DNA of 53,417 bases from Planctomycetota bacterium. GTDB lineage: Bacteria > Planctomycetota > PUPC01 > JABMSA01. The translations under genes and the position numbers were made by a program. This document shows, piece after piece, positions 1 through 8,045 of this stretch. The notes below the pieces were generated by a model. It searched no databases, had not been told where the DNA came from, and worked only from the letters and a program-made list of their open reading frames with translations. Positions within the stretch are counted from its first letter, which is position 1; the number at the start of each line of letters is the position of its first letter. The stretch covers positions 1-53,417 of the forward strand of contig DATLAR010000068.1 of the NCBI GenBank assembly GCA_035527355.1, in the 5' to 3' direction.

Positions 1-1112
1 CCCTCGACGATCGCCAGCCCCACGCGGGCCCAGTTTGATGTAAACGGCCGTTCTGACCAGACCTGCTGCACGCTCCATGGTTCCGATCCCACGCGCGTGC
101 ACAGCACCCATTGCGAGAGAGTGCTAGACCAGCCAATACCCGCCTGCCGCTCGTCGAGCCGGCCTTGCGCGAGGATGAATGTTGCGACGGGCATCTGAGC
201 GAGACGCACGGCTGGCGGTTGCGGCGCGGGCTGGTACGGGCCGAAGAAGAACCGCGCCTCCACCAGGTAGCTGTCGCCGTGCGAAGTGGGCGTGTCGAAC
301 GCGAGAGTGCCGCTGTTGCCCGGCGCGGCCCAGCCGGTTACGGAAAAAGGATTCACTGCTCGCTGCACGTTCTGCACAGCTTCGGCATCGCTGCCGGGCA
401 TGCCGCCGCCGTGCTGGTTGAGCGCCCAGGAACCCGAGATCAGCCGCCAGCCGTCGTTCTGTGCAAGCATGCGGCGCATGAAGCCGTCGGAGAATTCAAA
501 CTCGCGCACCACCGTAGTAACCACCGGCGATACCCTGTTGTGCGGGTTGGACGGTATGTTTGCAGCAGGCGGCTCGCCCGCAGCGGGGCTTGCGGCAGGC
601 CCGGCGGGCGCGCCGGCATCGGGCGGAATGATCTCGAAAACCTCCCATCCGCTATTGGGCAGGCGCAGCCTTACGCTCCGGTCCGGTCCGCTGCTGTGCA
701 CGATTGCGGTGGAGTAGACAGACAGCATGCCGGGCGCTTCGGCCGAGCCGCCGGCGGCATTGTGCTGCAGCAGAATGGCGCGGCGTTCTGCGACATTGCG
801 CAGGTAGAAGCCGCTGAGCGGCGGCGGCGATGGAATCTCGTGCCGCACCACCGACACGCCCTCGTCCACGTTGACGTCGATGCGCGCGAGCCTGCTGCCC
901 TGCTGCACCAGCAGGCGCTCGATGGTCTTAATCTCGTCAGGCTTGGGCGCCTGCCGGCCCGCCGTACGAGCGCCGCTTCCTTCGCGCGCGGCCGCGTGCG
1001 AAGCATGGCGCGTGCCAAGGCCGGCCCCGTGCACGCTTTCCATCGCCTTGATGATTCCGTATGCGGCTGCACCAATCAGCATGATGCCGCCGATGATCGC
1101 GATTTTCTTCAT
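1..1112 (-). CDS. hypothetical membrane-anchored protein (C-terminal part lies beyond the left window edge)
   Basis: Absent from the ORF track because it has no stop in the window. The reverse-strand ATG at 1110-1112 gives MKKIAIIGGIMLIGAAAYGIIKAM, a single N-terminal TM helix. An uninterrupted frame then runs down to position 3 (...GIGWSSTLSQWVLCTRVGSEPWSVQQVWSERPFTSNWARVGLAIVE). The listed 111..1124 + ORF is its Arg/Ala-rich shadow frame. No family recognised. Confidence 0.6.
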   Translation of the reverse strand, partial: MKKIAIIGGIMLIGAAAYGIIKAMESVHGAGLGTRHASHAAAREGSGARTAGRQAPKPDEIKTIERLLVQQGSRLARIDVNVDEGVSVVRHEIPSPPPLSGFYLRNVAERRAILLQHNAAGGSAEAPGMLSVYSTAIVHSSGPDRSVRLRLPNSGWEVFEIIPPDAGAPAGPAASPAAGEPPAANIPSNPHNRVSPVVTTVVREFEFSDGFMRRMLAQNDGWRLISGSWALNQHGGGMPGSDAEAVQNVQRAVNPFSVTGWAAPGNSGTLAFDTPTSHGDSYLVEARFFFGPYQPAPQPPAVRLAQMPVATFILAQGRLDERQAGIGWSSTLSQWVLCTRVGSEPWSVQQVWSERPFTSNWARVGLAIVE

Positions 1113-1411
1113 TGCTGTCGATAGCGGACCTCCCAGTCCGCGCTTACTCCATTATTGACCGCCGCCTGCCAATCCAGTGGGCGATCCGTTGGCGCCTGAT
1201 CGGAAAACGCGCAACGAATTCCTGCTGCCATTTTCCTGCATCTATTGTCTCCGCAAAAAGCCGCGTGCGCAAGTGGATTCATCGGTTGGCGATGTAAAAC
1301 GATGTAATGGTTTAAGGTTTGCGAGTGCGGAAGAGTGGAATACACGTCCCTGGCCTCTGGCTCGCTGTGCCATTATCCGGATTCATGCGATGCAAACGCT
1401 GATAAATGATC

Positions 1412-1440
1412 TTGTAACGCGCTCCAAAATCCCTTATACT
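1412..1440 (+). promoter_or_regulatory. sigma70-like promoter upstream of the ABC importer operon
   Basis: TTGTAA (1412-1417), 17-nt spacer, TATACT (1435-1440), about 55 nt upstream of the ATG at 1495. GGAAGGGG Shine-Dalgarno lies just before the start. Confidence 0.4.
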
Positions 1441-1494
1441 TAATAGGTTGCCATATAATTGCAATAGTGGTCATAGCGGGATTGGAAGGGGTTC

Positions 1495-2949
1495 ATGCGA
1501 ACAGTCCATTTCGGCTTTCTGGCACTAATAGCGGCCGTTTTTCTTGTGGGCTTTCTGGAAACGAAACCAGCCCTCGAGAAATTCGATCCGGTCAGTCATG
1601 CCGGCTTCGAGAGCACCTGGGACAAGCGCTTGCACGTCTCCTATTGGGAGAAGTGGGCAAGCTTCGAGCGCGACGCCTGCCAGGCGATGGTCGACGACTT
1701 CAACAAGAGCCAGGAAGAGATATTCGTCCATTACATCAACACGTCGCAGGTGAATCGCAAGGCGATGCTGGCGATCGTCGGCAACGATCCTCCGGACGTG
1801 GTGGGCCTGTGGGCAGATGATCTTGCGCCTTTTGCCGAGGCCGATGCCCTGATGCCGCTCGACGGCCTGATGGCCCAGGCCGGGCTGCCGCGCGAGCATT
1901 ACATCGACCATTTCGTGAAGCTTGGCGAGTACGATGGCAAAATCTACGCGCTGCCCACGTCGCCGTCGTCGGTTGCTTTGTTCTACAACAAGGAGCACTT
2001 CCGCCGCAAGGCCGACGAGCTGCGCGCCGCCGGGCTCGACCCGGACCGCGCCCCGCAAACCATCGAGGAACTCGACCGCTACGCCGAGGTACTCAACGAG
2101 TTTGAAGACGATGGCTCCCCGAGGATCATGGGCTTCCTTCCCACCGAGCCCGGCTGGTTCAACTATACTTGGGGATACTACTTCGGCGGCAGCTTGTACG
2201 ACGTGGAATCGGGCAAGGTAACGCCAGACTCGCCGGAGAACATCCGCGCGTACAAATGGCTGAAGCGCTACGCCGAGACGTACGGCCGCGAAAAACTCTT
2301 GCAGTTCAGATCGGGCTTCGGCACCTTCGACTCGCCTATGAATGCCTTCATCGAAGGCAAAGTATCGATGGAGATGCAGGGGGTGTGGTTCCCAAACTTC
2401 ATCCGCCGCCATCGGCCGCACATGGAGTTTGGCGTGGCGCCCTTCCCCACCGCACAAGGCGTGCCCGGGCCGATGTCATTTATTGACGCCGACGTGATCG
2501 CGATACCGCGCGGCTGCCGCAATCCCGATGCGGCATGGAAATTTGTGCTCTACACGCAAACGCGCGGGCTGCCGATCCTCTGCCGCCTGCAGGGCAAGCA
2601 CCTGCCGCTCAGCAAAGCGCCCGAAAACTACCGCTATGGCCATCCTAACCGCGAGCTCGAGGTATTCGAGCACGTGAGCGCATCGCCGCAATCATTCATC
2701 GTGCCCCGCATGACGGCGTGGCTGGAATACAAGGACGAGCTGAACCGCGCGTTCGATCGCGTGTGGAATTGGTCCGTGCCCGAGCGCGAGCTGGCGGGGC
2801 TGACGGCTGAGGCTCGCGCCTCGAAGATCGACGAGCTGTGCGAGGCCGAAATCCGCAACACGCTTTCCACCGTGCGCGAGCGCATCCAGGGCAAACTTGA
2901 CGGCAAACGCGCAATGGAAGAGCTGCGCCGGCGGAGGGCCGCGCAATGA
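1495..2949 (+). CDS. ABC transporter substrate-binding protein (family-1 extracellular solute-binding protein, sugar/CUT1 type)
   Basis: 484-aa ORF with N-terminal hydrophobic anchor MRTVHFGFLALIAAVFLVGF. Typical SBP_bac_1 pattern follows (VHYINTSQVNRKAMLAIVGNDPPDVVGLWADDL, YALPTSPSSVALFYNKEHF). ATGA stop/start overlap with the next gene. Confidence 0.9.
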   Translation: MRTVHFGFLALIAAVFLVGFLETKPALEKFDPVSHAGFESTWDKRLHVSYWEKWASFERDACQAMVDDFNKSQEEIFVHYINTSQVNRKAMLAIVGNDPPDVVGLWADDLAPFAEADALMPLDGLMAQAGLPREHYIDHFVKLGEYDGKIYALPTSPSSVALFYNKEHFRRKADELRAAGLDPDRAPQTIEELDRYAEVLNEFEDDGSPRIMGFLPTEPGWFNYTWGYYFGGSLYDVESGKVTPDSPENIRAYKWLKRYAETYGREKLLQFRSGFGTFDSPMNAFIEGKVSMEMQGVWFPNFIRRHRPHMEFGVAPFPTAQGVPGPMSFIDADVIAIPRGCRNPDAAWKFVLYTQTRGLPILCRLQGKHLPLSKAPENYRYGHPNRELEVFEHVSASPQSFIVPRMTAWLEYKDELNRAFDRVWNWSVPERELAGLTAEARASKIDELCEAEIRNTLSTVRERIQGKLDGKRAMEELRRRRAAQ

Positions 2950-4187
2950 AGCAGTGCAAAGCGACAGGCGCCAAGCGCACAGGCCGCACGCGCATTCCGC
3001 TGCGCAGGCAAGGCACGGGCTATGCGTTCATCCTGCCGTGGCTGGTGGCGCTGGCCTGCTTCATCGGCTATCCGTTTCTCGCGGGCTTCTACTTCAGCTT
3101 CTGCGATTTCCCGCCGCTGCGCACGCCGATGTTCGTAGGCACGCAGAACTACACCGAGCTGCTGGGCGATCCCGCATTTCACCGCTCGCTGGGCGTAACG
3201 ATGGTCTACGCATCGGTCGCGATTCCGCTGGGCGTCATGCTGGCGCTCACGCTGTCAATGCTGCTGAATTCCCGCATCCGCGGGCAGTCGTTTTATCGGG
3301 TGATCTTTTACCTGCCGCATCTCGTGCCAACGGTGGCCGTGGCGATCCTCTGGATGTGGATTCTGAATCCGAAGTTCGGCTTGTTCAACTCCATCCTCAA
3401 ACTGCTGTTCGGCGTGCTGAACGCCTGGACGGGGCTGTTCTTCAACATCGCGGCGGCTCTCGACGGGCACAATTTCCTCCGCCCGGAGGCGCTAGTCCTG
3501 CTGGCGGCGCCGCTGCTGCTGGGCGTGCTGGTCTTTGCCAAAGATCGCCGAAAACTTCTGGCGGACACCACGCAGCCGAAGACTAGCCCGCGGCTGCGCC
3601 GCTTCCTCAAAGCTCTGGCAGTGGCCGGCACGGCTCTCGGCGCCATCGCTGTGATCAACGTGCTGCTCAGTTGGCTGCTGCCGGTTGACATGAGAAAACT
3701 ACAGTCGCCCGGGTGGCTGGGCGACGGCACGCCGATGCCGTCGGTGCTGTCGTTTGCACCTTCATGGGCGCTCTGGTCGCTCGTTGTGATGTCGATGTGG
3801 GGCGTGGGCCAGATGGCCGTAATCTACCTTGCAAAGCTGCAGGACGTGCCCGTGGAGCTTTATGAGGCGGCGGATATCGACGGCGCGAGCTGGTGGCGCA
3901 AGACGCTGCACATCACGCTGCCGATGATCTCGCCGGTGATACTTTTCAACGTAGTGATGGCGATCATCGGCACCTTCCAGATTTTTGCAGAACCTTACAT
4001 AATGACCGGCGGCGGGCCCGAGCAGAAGACCCGCTTCATGGCGATGTTCATCTACGACCAGGCATTCCTCTATCAGCGCGTGGGATACGCATCGGCTGTG
4101 GCGTGGGTGCTGTTTCTGGTGATCGTGGGCCTCACGGTTCTGGCTTTCCGCGCGTCGCGAAAGCACGTGTATTACGCAGGACGTTAA
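2946..4187 (+). CDS. ABC transporter permease (MalF/UgpA-like) with extra membrane-spanning insert
   Basis: 413 aa, multiple hydrophobic segments. EAA-loop motif LYEAADIDGASWWRKTLHITLPMISPVILFNVV. Translationally coupled to both flanking genes. Confidence 0.9.
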   Translation: MKQCKATGAKRTGRTRIPLRRQGTGYAFILPWLVALACFIGYPFLAGFYFSFCDFPPLRTPMFVGTQNYTELLGDPAFHRSLGVTMVYASVAIPLGVMLALTLSMLLNSRIRGQSFYRVIFYLPHLVPTVAVAILWMWILNPKFGLFNSILKLLFGVLNAWTGLFFNIAAALDGHNFLRPEALVLLAAPLLLGVLVFAKDRRKLLADTTQPKTSPRLRRFLKALAVAGTALGAIAVINVLLSWLLPVDMRKLQSPGWLGDGTPMPSVLSFAPSWALWSLVVMSMWGVGQMAVIYLAKLQDVPVELYEAADIDGASWWRKTLHITLPMISPVILFNVVMAIIGTFQIFAEPYIMTGGGPEQKTRFMAMFIYDQAFLYQRVGYASAVAWVLFLVIVGLTVLAFRASRKHVYYAGR

Positions 4188-5506
4188 TGATGGCGAATTG
4201 TTCCGATAGAAAACCCGAGTGGCACCTCAGGGTGTGCATACATTCCATCCTGCTGGTGGGAGCGCTGTTTTTCGCGCTGCCGCTGGTGTGGATGATTGCC
4301 ACGTCGCTGAAGCCGCTGGACCAGACGATGAAGTTTCCCGACAGCCCGCGCGAGCTGCTGCTGGGCCAGGGCACCCGTGCGGACATCGACGGACAGCGCT
4401 ACGACGTATTACTCGAGCGCGAGATCGCGCCGTCGCCCGAGCAGCGCGTGTTTGTGGTGCAACCCGATGAAGCCTTCGCGGCCGGCGAGCTCACGCATCC
4501 TTTCGACCGCGAAACGTGGGAGAAGTATCCGGTGTTCAACAAGCAGGAGCTTGCGCGGATGAACGCGGAAGTGACGCCGGCGATGAGAATCCTCACGGAC
4601 GAGAAGAACACGTTCGACCCGGTGCACGGCGTGCTGAAGCTGCAATCGGGCCGCGAGATACGTGCGCGCCTGCTGCGCGAGATCGAGGCCGCGCCCGAAG
4701 GCAAGCTCTGGCTCGTCCGCGAGTGGCGGCCTGAAGACACCGACACGAAAGAGATCGGCTCGACCGGCGGCGACGTGAACCGCGCGTGGGACGTGGTGCC
4801 CGAGAGCCGCATAGAGCGCACGATTCGCGCGATCCCCGAGAACTACCCCGCTGCGCTTCGCCGCCTGAATTTCGGCCGCAGCCTCGCGAATACTCTCTTC
4901 CTCTGCATGATGACCGTCACCGGATCGGTGGTGTCGTCGCTGCTCGTTGCTTACGGCTTTGCCTTCCTCGAATTCCGCGGGCGCAACATCCTGTTTGCCA
5001 TAACGGTGGCAACGATGATGATCCCCTTCCCGATCGTTATGATCCCGGTGTACCTGCTCTACCGCGACCTCGGATGGGTTGGCTCGTTCAAGCCGCTGTG
5101 GGTCACGTCGTGGTTTGGCTCGGCGTTCTTCATCTTCCTGCTGCGGCAGTTCTTCCTGGGCCTGCCCAAGGCCCTGCTGGACGCCGCCCGCATCGACGGC
5201 TGCTCGGAGCTCGAAATCCTGTGGCACGTAGTAGTGCCGCTGTCGCGCCCGGCAATCGCAATGGTTGCGCTGTTCACCTTCCTCGGCACGTGGAAAGATT
5301 TCCTCGGTCCGCTCATCTACCTCAACCATCAATCACAGTTCACCCTCTCGCTATCGCTGCAATCATTTGCATCCGAGCACGGCGGCACGCCCTGGCACCT
5401 GTTGATGGCGGCGTCCACCGTGTTCAGCCTGCCGCTGATCATCCTGTTCTTCATCGCGATGAAAACGTTCATCCGCGGCGTCGCGATGACCGGCATGAAA
5501 GGCTGA
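4187..5506 (+). CDS. ABC transporter permease (MalG/UgpE-like) with a ~200-aa extracytoplasmic insert after TM1
   Basis: The track ORF 3893..5506 starts inside the previous gene. I place the start at ATG 4187 (TAATG overlap with the upstream stop), giving MMANCSDRKPEWHLRVCIHSILLVGALFFALPLVWMIATSLKP. EAA-loop LLDAARIDGCSELEILWHVVVPLSRPAIAMVALFTF. Confidence 0.88.
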   Translation: MMANCSDRKPEWHLRVCIHSILLVGALFFALPLVWMIATSLKPLDQTMKFPDSPRELLLGQGTRADIDGQRYDVLLEREIAPSPEQRVFVVQPDEAFAAGELTHPFDRETWEKYPVFNKQELARMNAEVTPAMRILTDEKNTFDPVHGVLKLQSGREIRARLLREIEAAPEGKLWLVREWRPEDTDTKEIGSTGGDVNRAWDVVPESRIERTIRAIPENYPAALRRLNFGRSLANTLFLCMMTVTGSVVSSLLVAYGFAFLEFRGRNILFAITVATMMIPFPIVMIPVYLLYRDLGWVGSFKPLWVTSWFGSAFFIFLLRQFFLGLPKALLDAARIDGCSELEILWHVVVPLSRPAIAMVALFTFLGTWKDFLGPLIYLNHQSQFTLSLSLQSFASEHGGTPWHLLMAASTVFSLPLIILFFIAMKTFIRGVAMTGMKG

Positions 5507-5607
5507 AACGATAGCGGGAACTTCACAGCAGCTCGCAACACTAAGGTATACGATGGCCGACTGTCCGGCCCGAACGCGATCGTGCGCGCAAAAATCGCGT
5601 CCAAAAC

Positions 5608-5636
5608 TTGACTTTCCCGGATTTTGGTGGTACAAT
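5608..5636 (+). promoter_or_regulatory. sigma70-like promoter for the dockerin-repeat protein gene
   Basis: TTGACT (5608-5613), 17 nt, TACAAT (5631-5636). The TTG 'start' of track ORF 5608..6663 is the -35 box itself. Confidence 0.4.
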
Positions 5637-5730
5637 TGCTTTATACAGTTCAAAGCCCGGCATGCACCTGCAACCCGTTTCTGCTTGCACAGCCGCGTCC
5701 TGTATCCGCCTCTTGCCGCAAGGAGCCGAA

Positions 5731-6663
5731 ATGCTGGCGTCTGCATTGATCCTGGCCTCCGCGCTATCTGTCCTCCAGTGCCCCCCTATCGTCATCGGCA
5801 CGCCCGACAATTTCGTGTTTGACATCACCTCTCCCACCGGCGCAATAGGCACCGGCACCGACGCCGTTTTCGCCGGCTTTGGCCATCTGACCGTCAATGG
5901 CCACATCTACACTGCGATGGAATGTTTCACGCTGGTGGACAACCCCGGCGGCCAAACCGTTCACACGCCGCCGATGATCACGTCAAACGGCCTGGTAATC
6001 AAACGCAGCATCTACGTTCCGCTGAGGCCAGGCGCAAACTACGCCCGATATTTCGACCGGATCGACAACCCGACCGCCGAGGTGGTAACCGCCGTGGTGG
6101 AGATCAGGGGCGCCCTCGGTCAGCCCGACAGCGCATCGGCGATAGTTCGGCAGCGTCCGGGCTGGTGCATCTTTGCCACGCCCAACACGGACAAGCCGCT
6201 GATCGGCTGGGTTTACACGCGCGGCCTTCCGATCAGCCCTGCGCCGGCCGCCGCCGACGCCTATTCGCTCACCTACGTCGTTACGCTCAAGCCCAACAGC
6301 TCGACCGCCGTAGTCAATTTCATCGTGCAGGCCCGCCCGCGGCCGGCAGAACCGACCGGCGGCCTGCAGATAGCCGAAGATGATCCCCTTGACGAGCTCT
6401 CGCAGCAGTTGGACAAGCTGCAGAAGTCGCCCGACTACTCAAACCTGTCGAGTGAAGAGCAGAGAATAATCAACAACTTCTTCATCGACAGCGACGTCAA
6501 CATGGATGGCCGGGTGAACATCATCGACCTCATCATCATCCGCAATGACCTCAACAAGACACCCGATAGCGCAAGCACTCCGCGATCCGACGTAAACCAC
6601 GACCTGCGGATCAACATCATCGACCTCATCATCACCCGCAACGACCTGGGCTGGCCATACTGA
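5731..6663 (+). CDS. secreted hypothetical protein with C-terminal tandem dockerin-like (EF-hand type) repeats
   Basis: ATG 5731 is preceded by AGGAG (5721-5725). Signal-like N-terminus MLASALILASALSVLQCP. The C-terminus has two copies of DVNxDxxxNIIDLIIxRNDL (DSDVNMDGRVNIIDLIIIRNDL / SDVNHDLRINIIDLIITRNDL), matching the dockerin type I repeat pattern. Confidence 0.75.
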   Translation: MLASALILASALSVLQCPPIVIGTPDNFVFDITSPTGAIGTGTDAVFAGFGHLTVNGHIYTAMECFTLVDNPGGQTVHTPPMITSNGLVIKRSIYVPLRPGANYARYFDRIDNPTAEVVTAVVEIRGALGQPDSASAIVRQRPGWCIFATPNTDKPLIGWVYTRGLPISPAPAAADAYSLTYVVTLKPNSSTAVVNFIVQARPRPAEPTGGLQIAEDDPLDELSQQLDKLQKSPDYSNLSSEEQRIINNFFIDSDVNMDGRVNIIDLIIIRNDLNKTPDSASTPRSDVNHDLRINIIDLIITRNDLGWPY

Positions 6664-6785
6664 AGCAAGGCCGGCAGAGCCGGAATAGGCTTTAGCCTTT
6701 TGGGCTTTGGCCTTTTGGGCCTTCATACCGAGCCAACTGGCGCAAGTGTACAAGACGCCATTTGCACCTTGCACCACCTTGCGCC
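6664..6785. repeat. dispersed non-coding repeat, copy A (15-mer tandem repeats + core + GCACCTT repeats)
   Basis: GGCTTTAGCCTTTTG GGCTTTGGCCTTTTG GGCCTTC at 6688-6724 and CATTTGCACCTTGCACCACCTTGCGCC at 6759-6785. The reverse complement is colinear with 47458-47560 and shares an identical 16-mer, GTGCAAGGTGCAAATG. Confidence 0.5.
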
Positions 6786-6788
6786 CCG

Positions 6789-7988
6789 CTAGCTTCCCTG
6801 GATCATGTATTCGATGAGCTTATGGCCTTCTTCGAAGCGGAGGGTTGCCTTCTCGACGCTGTGCTCCGCGTAGGGCAAGGCGTCGGTGTGCTCGATGCCG
6901 CTGCCGCAGAGAGCGAAAGGCACAGGGTCGGGCACGTGCGTCCTTTTCTCAACAGGTGTGGGATGGTCGGGCATGACGAGCAGGCGGTAATCGCCGTGGC
7001 GGACAAGCGCCTCGTGCACCGGCCCGACAATGTGGCGGTCGATCTCCTCGATCGCCTTGATCTTCTGCTGTATGTCGGCGGCGTGCCCGGCGGTGTCGGG
7101 CGCTTCGATATGCACAAACACAAAATCGTACTGCTGCAGGGCGTCTACGGCATATCGGCCCTTTGCGGCGTAATCGGTGTCGTACGAGCCGGTGGCGCCG
7201 GGCACCTCGATGCGGTCGAGCCCCACGAGCGTGGCTATTCCCTTTATGAGGTCCACGCAGCAGATCACGGCGCCTTTCAGCCCCCACCGCGCGGAAAACT
7301 GCGTGAGGCTGGGCATCCGGCCGGAGCTCCACGGCCAGATCATGTTCGCAGGGTTCTCGCCCAGGTCCACCCGCACCTTGTTCACCTCGTGCTCGTCGAG
7401 CAGCTTTTTCGACGCCAGGATCATCTCGACCAGCAGCTCCTCGCCCGGGCCTTTGGGCAGGAATTTGCGGAAGTCCTCGCCCATATGATCGTGCGGAGCA
7501 AAGCACGTGGGCGACATCTCGGCGTCGCCGGCGTAGACCATGATATTCCGGAAGCTGATGCCCGGGTAGAAACGCACCGGCTTGCTGGAAAATGCTTCGG
7601 CCACGGCCGCCATCAGCACGGATGCTTCCTTTGATGATATCTCGCCCGCGCTGTAGTCTTCTATGCAGTTCTTGCCGTCCACGGTTATCAGGTTGCAGCG
7701 GAAGGCAATCTCGGCGGGGCCGAGCTTGATGCCCAGGCTCGCCGCTTCGAGCGGGCCGCGGCCGGTGTGATACCTGGCGGGGTCGTAGCCCAGCAGGCAG
7801 AGGTTTGCCACGTCGCTCGACGGCTGCATCTTCGGCGGCACCAGCCGCGCCATGCCCACCACGCCCGCCGCGGCCACGCGGTCCATGTTTGACTTTCTCG
7901 CCACCTCCATCGGCGTGCGGCCGCCAAGCTTCGCCAGCGGGTAATCAGCCATGCCGTCGGGCACTATGATGCAGTATTTTCTTGCCAT
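6789..7988 (-). CDS. archaeal-type cofactor-independent phosphoglycerate mutase (ApgM) family protein; possibly the 'proposed homoserine kinase' subgroup
   Basis: 399 aa: MARKYCIIVPDGMADYPL..GGRTPMEVA..NMDRVAAAG..SSDVANLCLLGYDP, the alkaline-phosphatase-superfamily ApgM pattern. It lies 58 nt downstream of hom on the same strand. Confidence 0.9.
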   Translation of the reverse strand: MARKYCIIVPDGMADYPLAKLGGRTPMEVARKSNMDRVAAAGVVGMARLVPPKMQPSSDVANLCLLGYDPARYHTGRGPLEAASLGIKLGPAEIAFRCNLITVDGKNCIEDYSAGEISSKEASVLMAAVAEAFSSKPVRFYPGISFRNIMVYAGDAEMSPTCFAPHDHMGEDFRKFLPKGPGEELLVEMILASKKLLDEHEVNKVRVDLGENPANMIWPWSSGRMPSLTQFSARWGLKGAVICCVDLIKGIATLVGLDRIEVPGATGSYDTDYAAKGRYAVDALQQYDFVFVHIEAPDTAGHAADIQQKIKAIEEIDRHIVGPVHEALVRHGDYRLLVMPDHPTPVEKRTHVPDPVPFALCGSGIEHTDALPYAEHSVEKATLRFEEGHKLIEYMIQGS

Positions 7989-8045
7989 TCCGTTTCCGTC
8001 TCTCTCTCGGCCTCAGATGGCCGTGGGCCCAGGCTTCTCGCCCCG

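Noticed and set aside
111-1124. 337-aa plus-strand ORF covering the left end of the window
   Set aside because: It has an Arg/Ala/Gly-rich, low-complexity composition typical of an antisense shadow frame in GC-rich DNA. The opposite strand carries a far more protein-like frame with a clear TM helix and ATG at 1112.
6439-6777. 112-aa minus-strand ORF starting in repeat copy A ((M)VQGANGVLYTCASWLGMKAQKAKAQKAKA...). I considered it as a small protein because copy B can be read as ...VQGANDALLVWPSCSG...
   Set aside because: The peptide similarity stops after 5 residues because of a 1-nt indel between the copies. The ORF then continues antisense into the dockerin gene. The similarity is at DNA level.
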